Source: Tubulanus polymorphus
Lineage: Eukaryota > Animalia > Nemertea
Reading direction: 5' to 3'
Assembly (NCBI RefSeq): GCF_964204645.1
Contig: NC_134034.1
Coordinates: forward strand, 9,870,962 to 9,934,961
DNA length: 64,000 nt
A model generated the notes under the pieces. It saw only the letters and a program-made list of their open reading frames with translations, was not told the DNA's origin and did no database searches. The first letter of the stretch is position 1. Every line of letters starts with the position of its first letter. Shown piece by piece: positions 39,600 through 49,544 of the stretch. A program made the position numbers and the translations under genes.

Positions 39600-40277
39600 C
39601 GATCTGACAACCCGGTCCGCTCCATCTCGGAAATCTAGAATCATCATAGGGTATCCGCATACAATGGGACGTCGAAGGTGGACAAGTCAAATCACCGTCT
39701 TCAGTTTGGTTTTGTATCGGGCAGGCGGTATAAGCGTCATACTCGTCGGTACAACGACACATCCATCCATCACAACTCTGTCCAAAACATGAACCTAACC
39801 ACGAATACATTTCAACAGCTTGGGTTAGCATATCTACAATTACGAAGGCTCCCTCAAACCAGTTCCTAGCCCGGTCACACCCATTGCAGCCATATTTGAC
39901 AAAAACGTTTAACATTTCCTCCACGTTTATGCTTCATTCTAGGCTCGATTTATACATACTAGCAAAAATTCATAAATAATTTTTGATACTAGGAAGTACC
40001 TTGTCGAGATACAAGTCCTGTGTCAAAGTTTGGTCTGCCTGTAAGTTTCTATCAAGCAAAGTATTGAATCAAACATCTTCCAATAGTGAAATTAGAAATG
40101 TCTGTCTGGATAGTTCTATTTCAATGTTTTTGTATCCCAACCAAAAATTTAGTACCCTCAGGATACCGCCAAAATCGAGCCCCGTTCATCGTTCGGATAT
40201 AGGCCTAAGAGTCTGCTGCTCACAACGAATCGACATTTGAAACTTTGGATTTTCATACTGCATCTCTGACAAGGGAC
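39600..40277 (-). CDS. Secreted F-type-lectin/FN3 protein, exon 2: long form with four in-frame TGA; 3' part encodes a Cys-rich EGF-like module
   Basis: Acceptor TACTTCTTCAG|GT at 40277 and donor ATCG|GTAAGT at 39600; 678 nt, phase 1/1. TGA at 40186, 40069, 39970 and 39934. The 3' part reads GSCFGQSCDGWMCRC...WSGPGCQIG. Shorter in-phase acceptors would start the exon at 39833 or 39794. The 3' boundary is secure; the 5' boundary is uncertain. Confidence 0.6.
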
Positions 40278-40879
40278 CTGAAGAAGTACATTTAAAAAAC
40301 ACGACAATAATGATGAAACCAGAAATTATAAATTCTCATTTGAATGAATTCTGAAGTTAGGAAGAAGGAATCTTCCTAAAACGTCAGGAAAACAGAATTT
40401 ATACTTATCGTTTTCATCATTAGGATGAAATGATATCTTGTTTCTCCTCATCGCCCGGTTCAATTTTGTCGACTGCGATAAAAATTCGTGATTGGTTCAT
40501 TTCTATAGCTGCCGGGTCTGTTAGCTTGATCGCGATTTTTGAAAAGAGTAACGTGCAGGGTTTATAGGCAGCAGGTCAGTCAACTTTATCAAGGTATCAC
40601 CTTTTTTCTGCCTTTTTAGTAAGTTTTTAAAAATATTCCACCACCCCTTAGGCTGCAACTATTCTAAACTAAATATCGACCTGTTGGAGTCTTGATAATA
40701 CGTCTTTTTTTAGGTAAAATGGACGTCTGTCGATAGGCGCAAGCAGCAGATAGATGCAGGTCGAGTCGAGTATCATAACAACAGCAGTCTATTAACAAGT
40801 TGTGGAATGAAATGTGATAAGAACGTTTGTCCGTAGTCCAAGTCCCATAATACCTATCTCGGGTAGATTGCGGACTTAC

Positions 40880-40967
40880 CTTCTACAGGTGATAAGGATG
40901 TCGTAAATGTAGCTGCAATCACAGCTAGCGCGACAAAGCCGTAGCCACCAGCTGCCAACTCAAACAT
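40880..40967 (-). CDS. Secreted F-type-lectin/FN3 protein, exon 1 (signal peptide)
   Basis: ATG 40967 gives MFELAAGGYGFVALAVIAATFTTSLSPVE-G, followed by donor GAAG|GTAAGT at 40880, phase 1. Not in the ORF track because it is too short. Confidence 0.8.
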
Positions 40968-42289
40968 AACGACTAGTTATGAATGAAATAGTTCCGTGCG
41001 AGCGTAAAACGCGTTTAGTCGAACCGGGTCAAATATGATTATCCAAGGGACCATGCAGTCTCCATGACCACAATATCATTGAATGAATTTCAAGGACTTT
41101 TTTGACCGCGATCCCAGGACACAGGCTTCGAAATTTTAGACCCTGGTAGCTAACAAGAAACCGCTGTTGTTCTACTTATCGTTATATGAATGTTAAAAGT
41201 TTATGGTTTGTAAATACTATTTATGTAAATGTCACTCTGTACATCTCGATCTAAAAGGTACATTTAGTACAATAAAGAGATTATTGAATTGAGTTGTGTG
41301 GTTGTCATGCCGGAGATCTTGAGAAATCTATATTTGCCATCCATTCTATCGGTAAATTTTAAAGGAGTTAAAACTTGCATTTTGGGTCTGCAGTTGATAA
41401 CTAATGACTGAGTGTGTATATGGTATGTGCATATTGTAATTTCATCCTATGATCCTGTAATTATGTAACAATTCATTTTGCAAAATAAAAATTCAATTCG
41501 ATTCTATTCAAGGAACATGGCTATGATTGGAGGATTCTGGGGCCGATTGCATGATACTCGAGACCTTGAATTGCACCATGTGTGTCTGCACGCTGTGAAT
41601 ATCATGTATCAACCAGAAAACGTGACAAGTCGACAGTTTATTACAAACAACACTAATATCTTTATTACATCTATATGTATCATCAGTTATCAATTATCAC
41701 AATCTATTATCATTCATCATATATTCAACATTATTAATTAAACTTTCTTTTCAATGATACTGAACGTTCATAGTGACTGTTAGTACAGTTATCAGCAGTA
41801 CCTTATCATCGATGCCTATTTTCATCATGTAACGTTGTAACCTATGATGGGATACATACTAACTACAGTAGACTTCGCTTAGGTCGGATCTTTTGGGACC
41901 GTAAAATGTGTCCGATTGAATGTTATATATTTCATATATAGTGTCACAAAAAATATTTCAACAAAAACCCGAATTGAATGGTTATCTCCGAGTTGATTGG
42001 ATCCGACTTGGGCGGAGTCTAAATGTAAATCACAATATATCATCGTCGGGCAGTGCTACTGTCCGTTCGATTGCGACACATCCACGGACCTAACTATGCA
42101 CTGTATATTAGAAACACAAAACTGCCCAAAAACTTCTACTTTTAAGCAAAATCCAGCACGAGATGCGATGTACGAACTGCACCGCTTGACGGAGAAACCC
42201 ATCCTCATTGGAGCTGCACCGTCGATGTCATACAACTGCACTTCCGATATACCAGAAAATGAACTACATCTAGTTTGTACACCAATTTT

Positions 42290-43292
42290 AAAGATGCCAC
42301 AGTTAATCTAGGGAAGGTGTTACACCGGTTTAATGATCTTCTAATTTCTAGCTTGACACAAATCGAATAGATTCTAAAGCTATCTAGGTAAGGTGTAATA
42401 TCTGTTTAATGATCTGCTCCTGGCTTGCACGCCAATTCAAAGAAGCTTCATCTATCAAGAAGAGATGGTATATCCGTTCAATGGACTTTCGCAAAATGAA
42501 AAGAAGCCAAAACAATCTAGGGAGTTACACTTGTTTAATGATCTACTAACTTCTAGCTTGACACCAATTACATAAATTCTAAAGCTAAATAGGAAGGGTG
42601 TTATATCTGTTTATGAACTACAACGACTAGTTCGTATGCCAATTACAAAAAAGCCACAACTATCTAGGGAAGGTGCCATATCTGTCTAATGAACTACTAA
42701 AGTCTATTTTGTATGCCAATTACAAAGAAGCCACAACTATCTAGGGAAGGTGCTATATCTGTCTAATGAACTAATAACGTCTATTTTGTATGCCAATTAC
42801 ATAGAAGCCACAACTATCTAGGGAAGGTGCTATATCTGTCTAATGAACTAATAACGTCTATTTTGTATGCCAATTACAAAGAAGCCACAACTATCTAGGG
42901 AAGGTGCTATATCTGTCTAATGAACTAATAACGTCTATTTTGCATGCCAATTACAAAGAAGCCACAACTATCTAGGGAAGGTGCTATATCTGTCTAATGA
43001 ACTAATAACGTCTATTTTGTATGCCAATTACAAAGAAGCCACAACTATCTAGGGAAGGTGCTATATCTGTCTAAGGAACTAATAACGTCTATTTTGTATG
43101 CCAATTACAAAGAAGCCACAACTATCTAGGGAAGGTGCTATATCTGTCTAATGAACTAATAACGTCTTTTTTGTATGCCAATTTCAAAGAAGCCACAACT
43201 ATCTAGGAAAGGTGCTATATCTGTCTAATGAACTAATAACGTCTATTTTGTATGCCAATTACAAAGAAGCCACAACTATCTAGGGAAGGTGC
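42290..43292. repeat. 77-bp minisatellite between the two large genes: ~8 homogeneous copies from 42651, degenerate copies to the left
   Basis: AAGCCACAACTATCTAGGGAAGGTGC starts at 42651, 42728, 42805 and onward. Confidence 0.95.
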
Positions 43293-43865
43293 AGTCTACA
43301 ATCATGGGAGCAAAACTACGTTGCTATAGCAGGAAATATCTTTCCCCACACACTAAAACCTTGAAACATTTCTGGAATGCATAAGTCGAACACTGTAGTT
43401 TCACACATTTTTCGGAACACATTATCTTAGAACATATTTAGAAATTAAAATGTGCTCTGAACACTTGCACAGAACATGGTTGGAACGGATTTGGAACGCT
43501 TCTAAAATACAATCCTCAAGCTTTGGAACACATCCACCATGACGCAGGGAACATATCAACCGTAATAACTGACTTTGATTGTAGAACAAATCCAGCATCC
43601 ATCAACAGCAGAGTAGCTGTCACTAAAATAGCGGGTAGAAAGATTGCCATGTTTCTTAAACACAATTGGCCAGCATTCAGGGAAGGCTACGTGTTGGCCT
43701 CACAGGCCAGCATTCAAGGAAGGCCGACATGTAGCCCCACTGGCCAGCATTCAGCGAAGTGTTCGGAGAAAACAAAAATATATTTCTTGAACAGAACCGA
43801 ACATCAAAAGTGTTCATCTGAAGTGTTGCGGGGTGCATGGGGATCTTGCCACGGTTGAGAAGTTA

Positions 43866-46800
43866 TCAGGCGCGAATCTTTTTAAGTTTAGCCATAAGAT
43901 CAATCGACGAGAATGTATATAATATTGGATTCATAGAGGAATTTATCGGCAGGATAACGATAGCGATTACAGCCGACCACATAAGCGGTACGGGCACGCC
44001 AAATACCGGTAACGTACCGGCCACGATCACCGGTAGCCAGCACGCAATGTGGGCCAGAAATATGGGCATAATTCTTCGGGCGAGTAACAACTCGGTTTCC
44101 AGCTGGCGACCCGCGTTGATACGGGATTCCTTCACAAACCTATAGATGCCGATGTAAATTACGATGAGAACGAAAATAGCCAGACCGTTGAGGCAGGCGA
44201 AAATTCCGAAAGAATACACTATCGATGACTTCGCGTACCGGCGTAGCGTTAGGGGTAAACAGACATCGTTATGCCCGGTGACATCCTGTCCGAATAGAAG
44301 AGGCCCCAAAACCAAAATAGACGAAATCAACCAAACAGCCAGAGATGCTAACGCCGCCGCGCGTTTCGAAAAGGCGGAGCCCTTTAACCCAGCTCGGATC
44401 GTCAGAGCGCGTTCGATAGAAATCGTCAGAATAAAGGCCAGAGAACATTCCGAGGAAAGCACGAGCACGAACCCAGCGAATTTACACAGGAAACTCTGTA
44501 CCCAGGTATCGGCGTAGATGTTATAGTGCGTACGGTACTGGAAATCCTTGACGGCGATGATCAGCAAATACATACCCATCAGCATATCGGATACGCCAAG
44601 ATTTATCGTTAAAATTATGACGGCTTGTTTTTCCGAAGTGCTTATTATACGCCATACGATAACTAATGCGTTAGCGACCAGCGAAGTAACGCCCATCACC
44701 CAAACGGCTACTCGGAGAATATCGCTGTCGATCATCTCGTTGCACGAGGAGAATTCGTTCGGACCCGGGATGCAAATCGACGCCTGAGGAGTCAGACAGC
44801 ATAGACGATGAGAGTCGGCCGTCAGTTGCCGAAGAAGCGGTACGTGATCGAACGTCGATAACGAGAAGTACTTGATACGGTTATCGCGAAGATCGAGGCG
44901 GGCCAAATGTGTGATGTTGGCAAACGCCAGCGGCTCGATAGTTTCAACTGAGCTGTTGCTTAGATTTATGAATTCGATCGATTGCAAACCGCTGAAAGTG
45001 AAATCTACCAAAATCCGTAGCGAATGACCGGTCAAATCCAAGCGCGCTAGATTTGTCAGTCCGACGAACGCCGCGCGACCAAGCGCATTCAACGAATTGC
45101 CCTTCAGGTGTAGCATCTTCATGTTTAGGAGTCCACTGAAAATTCCGCTATTCAAAGTCGTCAATCGGTTGTCGGAGAGGTCCAGTTCGAATAGGTTGAT
45201 TAAACTGTCGAATATTCTTGGCACGAGGCGTCGTAGCCTGTTATTCGAAATGTCTAATCTACCAAGCAGATGAAACTTCGAGATATTACTCGTGACCAAA
45301 TCGAATCGTGAATTTCTTAGAAACAAAGCTTTGATCGTGCGAGGTAAACCTTCTAATGCAGGGGACATCGTAAAGGTGTCGCTACAATCGACGCTGTGTC
45401 CGATACAAGTGCAGTTGTTCGGGCAACTGTTTTGCATATCGCAATGAAGCTCGTCCTCGCCTGTCGCCGGGCAATGAACGAAACCGTCGCAGATTTCGAA
45501 CCAGCTGACGCATGCGCGCGAGTGCCGGCATCGCAGACGGCCGGTGCAGTTGAAATCGTGACAGTTTTGCTCGTCGTGTCCGTCGATACAGTCCCACGTA
45601 CCGTCGCAGACTTTATAACCGGGAATACAGTACGATCGGGGACATTTGTACAATCCTGGGCAGACGAAATCTTCACAGTCGTTCAAATGGTCGAATCTGG
45701 TGCAGACATCTTTATTCAACCAATCCAGCTCGTAGACACAGCGTTTATTTCTTGGGTAACACTGGCGCGTTTGAGAACAGGGTAGAGTATCAGAATCTGG
45801 ACATACGGTGTCTCCTAAAACTAGAGGACTCCCTGTTTCATCCCGTTGTATTCCAGGACAATCTGCTATTCCGTCGTTTACGACACGCGCACTAAGACAC
45901 GTTCCGTCGTAACATTGGAACCCCCGGCAGTAAGAAGTACAGTCTCGCTCGTCCAGTTCGTCGGAGCAATCTGGAAAGCCGTCACAGACGGCCATCCGAG
46001 CGATACAACGCGCGTTCGTGCATCGAAATTCATTTTCGCCGCAAGCTTCGAAAACGCATCGTTCCTCGTCGCTTCCGTCGTCGCAATCGCTGACGTGGTC
46101 GCAATAGGAACTGATCGAAATACAACCACCGCTCGAGGAGCAGTTGAAATGATCTCGTCCGCACGTACAGTTCAGTTCATCTTCGCCTACGACGGGACAA
46201 TCTCTGACGCCGTCGCAAACCCTGTGCGCTTGAATGCACGAACCGTCGCCGAAACAGGTGAAGTGATCCAGCTCGCAAGCGAACCAACCCTTCGTGCAAA
46301 CCACCGCGAGCGGGGAGTGACCGTAGTACTCGGACACTTGGTTGTACTGTAACGTTGTGACAGCTGTGCCGTTTGAAACGAAACAGTCACGATGATTCTG
46401 CTGGGCTGCGTAGATGAACGATTTCGCGGGTATAATCGTCTTCAAATACTTTTCAACATCGTTGGATTCGTTGCTGGGCCTCTTCGAATAAAGCTTACCA
46501 GCCTGAGAGTTAAAGCAAATATAGTCGCCAATTTCTTGAGAAAATTCTCCGAAAACGTCGTCACCATTGATATCTATCGGCTTGACACAACGTCGACCGA
46601 TTCGAGTCCAATTGTCGGGGCATCTTTTGTCGTGCAAAGACACGAACGAATTAGTCTTTCCCGTCATCGGTATAGTCCCATTTTCTCGAAGGGACGATTT
46701 CACCTCGCAGAAATATACGGATTTAAACTTGGCCTGACACGGGATTCGAGCCCAATTCGCTTTGCCATGAGGAGAGGATAGCAGCATAACCGTGCACAAC

Positions 46801-46940
46801 ATCTGGGCCTCGGACGAAGGTTGTTTTCTGTCTTTGGGAATAAACAACGCCAACGTTTCGTGGATCGTGTCGTTACGAGATGGTTGATACCATTCTGTGA
46901 AGGTCATTGGGGATCCGTCCGTCCAGTGGTGTCGGTCTGC
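43866..46940 (-). CDS. GRL101-like LGR (type C2, RXFP-related), coding exon 3: end of CTLD, second degenerate CTLD, ~7 LDLa repeats, LRRNT, ~7-8 LRRs, hinge, 7TM
   Basis: Acceptor TTTTTTAG|GCA at 46940 gives ADRHHWTDGSPMTFTEW, continuing the CTLD in frame. LDLa repeats such as CGENEFRCTNARCIARMAVCDGFPDCSDELDERDC. LRRs such as LFELDLSDNRL. Hinge LCC...FSSCNEMI; TM3 SIERA; TM7 ILPINSSMNPILYTF; stop TGA 43866-43868. Confidence 0.95.
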   Translation of the reverse strand, partial: ADRHHWTDGSPMTFTEWYQPSRNDTIHETLALFIPKDRKQPSSEAQMLCTVMLLSSPHGKANWARIPCQAKFKSVYFCEVKSSLRENGTIPMTGKTNSFVSLHDKRCPDNWTRIGRRCVKPIDINGDDVFGEFSQEIGDYICFNSQAGKLYSKRPSNESNDVEKYLKTIIPAKSFIYAAQQNHRDCFVSNGTAVTTLQYNQVSEYYGHSPLAVVCTKGWFACELDHFTCFGDGSCIQAHRVCDGVRDCPVVGEDELNCTCGRDHFNCSSSGGCISISSYCDHVSDCDDGSDEERCVFEACGENEFRCTNARCIARMAVCDGFPDCSDELDERDCTSYCRGFQCYDGTCLSARVVNDGIADCPGIQRDETGSPLVLGDTVCPDSDTLPCSQTRQCYPRNKRCVYELDWLNKDVCTRFDHLNDCEDFVCPGLYKCPRSYCIPGYKVCDGTWDCIDGHDEQNCHDFNCTGRLRCRHSRACVSWFEICDGFVHCPATGEDELHCDMQNSCPNNCTCIGHSVDCSDTFTMSPALEGLPRTIKALFLRNSRFDLVTSNISKFHLLGRLDISNNRLRRLVPRIFDSLINLFELDLSDNRLTTLNSGIFSGLLNMKMLHLKGNSLNALGRAAFVGLTNLARLDLTGHSLRILVDFTFSGLQSIEFINLSNSSVETIEPLAFANITHLARLDLRDNRIKYFSLSTFDHVPLLRQLTADSHRLCCLTPQASICIPGPNEFSSCNEMIDSDILRVAVWVMGVTSLVANALVIVWRIISTSEKQAVIILTINLGVSDMLMGMYLLIIAVKDFQYRTHYNIYADTWVQSFLCKFAGFVLVLSSECSLAFILTISIERALTIRAGLKGSAFSKRAAALASLAVWLISSILVLGPLLFGQDVTGHNDVCLPLTLRRYAKSSIVYSFGIFACLNGLAIFVLIVIYIGIYRFVKESRINAGRQLETELLLARRIMPIFLAHIACWLPVIVAGTLPVFGVPVPLMWSAVIAIVILPINSSMNPILYTFSSIDLMAKLKKIRA

Positions 46941-47596
46941 CTAAAAAATCAGAAATGAAAGTCAATAGCGAATGTTGTAGAGGAATTGTGAAAGTGCTTC
47001 GATATAAAATCTCGCGCTAAGGCTAGGAGTATTGTTACCCTCATTTCTGTTGAGTTTAAAATTGACCTGGCTGGCCACCTGTACATTAATTGTTCTTTAA
47101 AATCATGATCAAGCTAACAATAACAGACTCGACAGTTATAGAAATGAACTGATTATTTTACTGATTACTGATGGAATTTAACTGCAGTAGGTTATGAAAA
47201 TTACCCGGCCGATTGGGCGAAACAATAAAGGTGTCATTATTTTTGTTCAGCCTAATGGAGAACAGAGTCCGCAATGTTTCCTTGAATACCGTTTGGCTTA
47301 CTAGTGTTATTATCCTGAATTATATCATTGTCTTGGTACAGTCTAACGTTGCAAAACCGTGCCAATTTATCGTTCCCTGATACCAAATACGTACCGTATG
47401 TGAGAGAACGGCATTTCCCGATCTTCTTAATGTGAAAAAGTCGAAACGTTGAAAAAAAACTAGTGGCTCAATGAAACATTTCAGACTCCGTTTCTTAACG
47501 TGGGATTTAGTTTTTCCCCCATTACAACACGGTGTGTTTCAGCAGTAATTATCAATTCGAACTATACACAGCCAACCCCTCATTTTCCGCACTTAC

Positions 47597-48319
47597 GGTT
47601 TTGTTGAAGATCAGACCAATGAATATAACGGCCGGGTTGAATTTGTAAACGATCGTCTGCGTGTGTTGTCTGACCAGACGTTTGAAGCCGTCCATTTTAC
47701 GTTTAGACGTCAGATGTAGTAGTCTGGCGCCCTCGTTGCGACAAGTGGCGTCCGCCTCGATCCAGGATGTGTTTTTTAAATCGTCTATCACCCGTACGCA
47801 GGTGGCGGCGGCGCCGGTGTAGCTAAGCGGCATGTATCCGACCGGACAAGAACTCGCGGGACGATCGTCTGCGAATGTTTCGTACACGACCTGGTACCTG
47901 ACGCGAAGGATCTGCTCGTGTATCGAATCGACATGCTCGAGTTTTATTTCAAGACTTACGCTTTGCGTTATCGAATAGACCACGGTCGGCGTTGCCTGAC
48001 TCGCCCAAATACCACAAAACCGATTTTGAAACCGAGTCGTCACGTCATTGGTTCTACCGGACGAACAGGCTACGACATTTTCCGTCATTACCATACTAGA
48101 GCTTGAGCAGTCGGCCAGTTTGAAGATTTCGAACGTGAAACGATAGGTCGATCTTACCATGCCTGCCTTGTACGGGCTGCATGTGTCGTCATACGAGGCG
48201 AACAGATCAAACCTACAGTACCGGTGAATACTTTCAGAATTCATTGAGATCAAACCACACCTTTCGGAAAGTTCATAAAGATACGACGAAACTTTTGGAG
48301 AGCCGTTCTCACAGCCGGT
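47597..48319 (-). CDS. GRL101-like LGR, coding exon 2: CUB-like domain plus first half of a C-type lectin domain
   Basis: Acceptor TTTTTTTTCAG|ACC at 48319 and donor ACC|GTAAGT at 47597; 241 codons, phase 0/0. CTLD motif CPVGY...CVRV...SWIEADATCRNEGARLLHL...IFIGL. Confidence 0.88.
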
Positions 48320-49544
48320 CTGAAAAAAAACACAAATCGCATGCAAAATATTTAACAGGCGCGGATCCAAGAGCAGGGTTAAGGGGGTGTGCGTCCCCTC
48401 TTAAAAAAAGTCAAAATGCCCTGGAATTCTACAGGAAAATGAAAAATAGTGAACTGATGGCAAACAGTTTAAATTCCTAAGCTTATTCGTTGTATTTCTA
48501 AAATTGAAATTAATGCTTTTTCGGGTGCCCTTATAATTGTATGATATGAATTGAATAGACTTAATCGGACTTTAGATCGGCCGGTGTAATGAGTTTCCAA
48601 CCTTACCACACTACTCAGTTCCACAAAGGCCCGAATATCCTCGGAGTAGGTATCGTATCTGATAATACCAACCTTTATCCCGAAAATCCAAGCAATCGCA
48701 CACGCCATATATATGAGTAGATTAACGGGGGCCTTATGGGTCTTTTCAGAAGATCCTTTAAAATTGAGTAAAATTCCAAAGTGTCCTCTTACTATCTACC
48801 TTCCGAATATGTTTCGAGCACATTGTTAAGTAAATTCCATGCTATTTGTACACATTGTATCTCCACGTGTTTTAGATTTTTTTTCGTATGACTCTTCAGA
48901 AAAATTCCTTTTAAGAATTGGAAGACTATATCAGATAATAAAATAAAACCCACAGTGGATGTATATAGACAAGTTTATTTTCTAACAGTTTCTGGGTTAC
49001 TTCTAACTAAAAAAGATCCTAGTTTCTCTGATGGGGTTTAGAAGTAACCTCGAAATTGTTAGAAACATTTCTATAAAAGCGCAAAGGCATTTCTATAAAG
49101 GTATTTGAAAATAAACATTCGGCCGGAAATAGCAATTATAGGGTTCGATGTATTGAGAAATGTGGCGGACGATTTTGTTAAAAGATCACATATTGAGCAT
49201 ATCTTGTAGATTGTTTGAAATTGAAACGATTGTTTATTTACATAAAACACTTTCATCTATCTCTGGTATAAGTTTGGTGTATCTATCTTAAAAATGAAAG
49301 TAGCGAGAGCGATTATTTTTTGAATAGTAATTTCTTGGGCACCCTGTTATATTATCATAACTCTGCACTTGCACCCTTGCACTCTAGGCACCTAGGTGTA
49401 GTGACCTGTACAGCCCCTAAGGCTCTCATTGTAACCTTCATTTAACTTTACTCATTTTTTCTTTATTGTCATCATTCGTGGAAATGTAAGTTAAATGAAA
49501 AATGAATTATTATCCTCGAACAGAATTTAATTAATAACCCTTAC

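Noticed and set aside
39934-40188. Genome-wide UGA reassignment or mitochondrial (NUMT) origin as the cause of the four TGAs
   Set aside because: TGA serves as the normal stop of both large genes, TGG is used for Trp in the same exon, and the peptide does not resemble a mitochondrial protein.
43340-43845. Possible transposon just after the LGR stop, and the 111-aa plus-strand ORF within it
   Set aside because: Inverted ends are too weak, there is no TSD and no protein motif; not supportable.
44164-46781. Plus-strand and alternate-frame ORFs overlapping the LGR (also within 47.9-51.2 kb)
   Set aside because: Shadow ORFs of a long GC-richer coding exon, with no recognisable domains.
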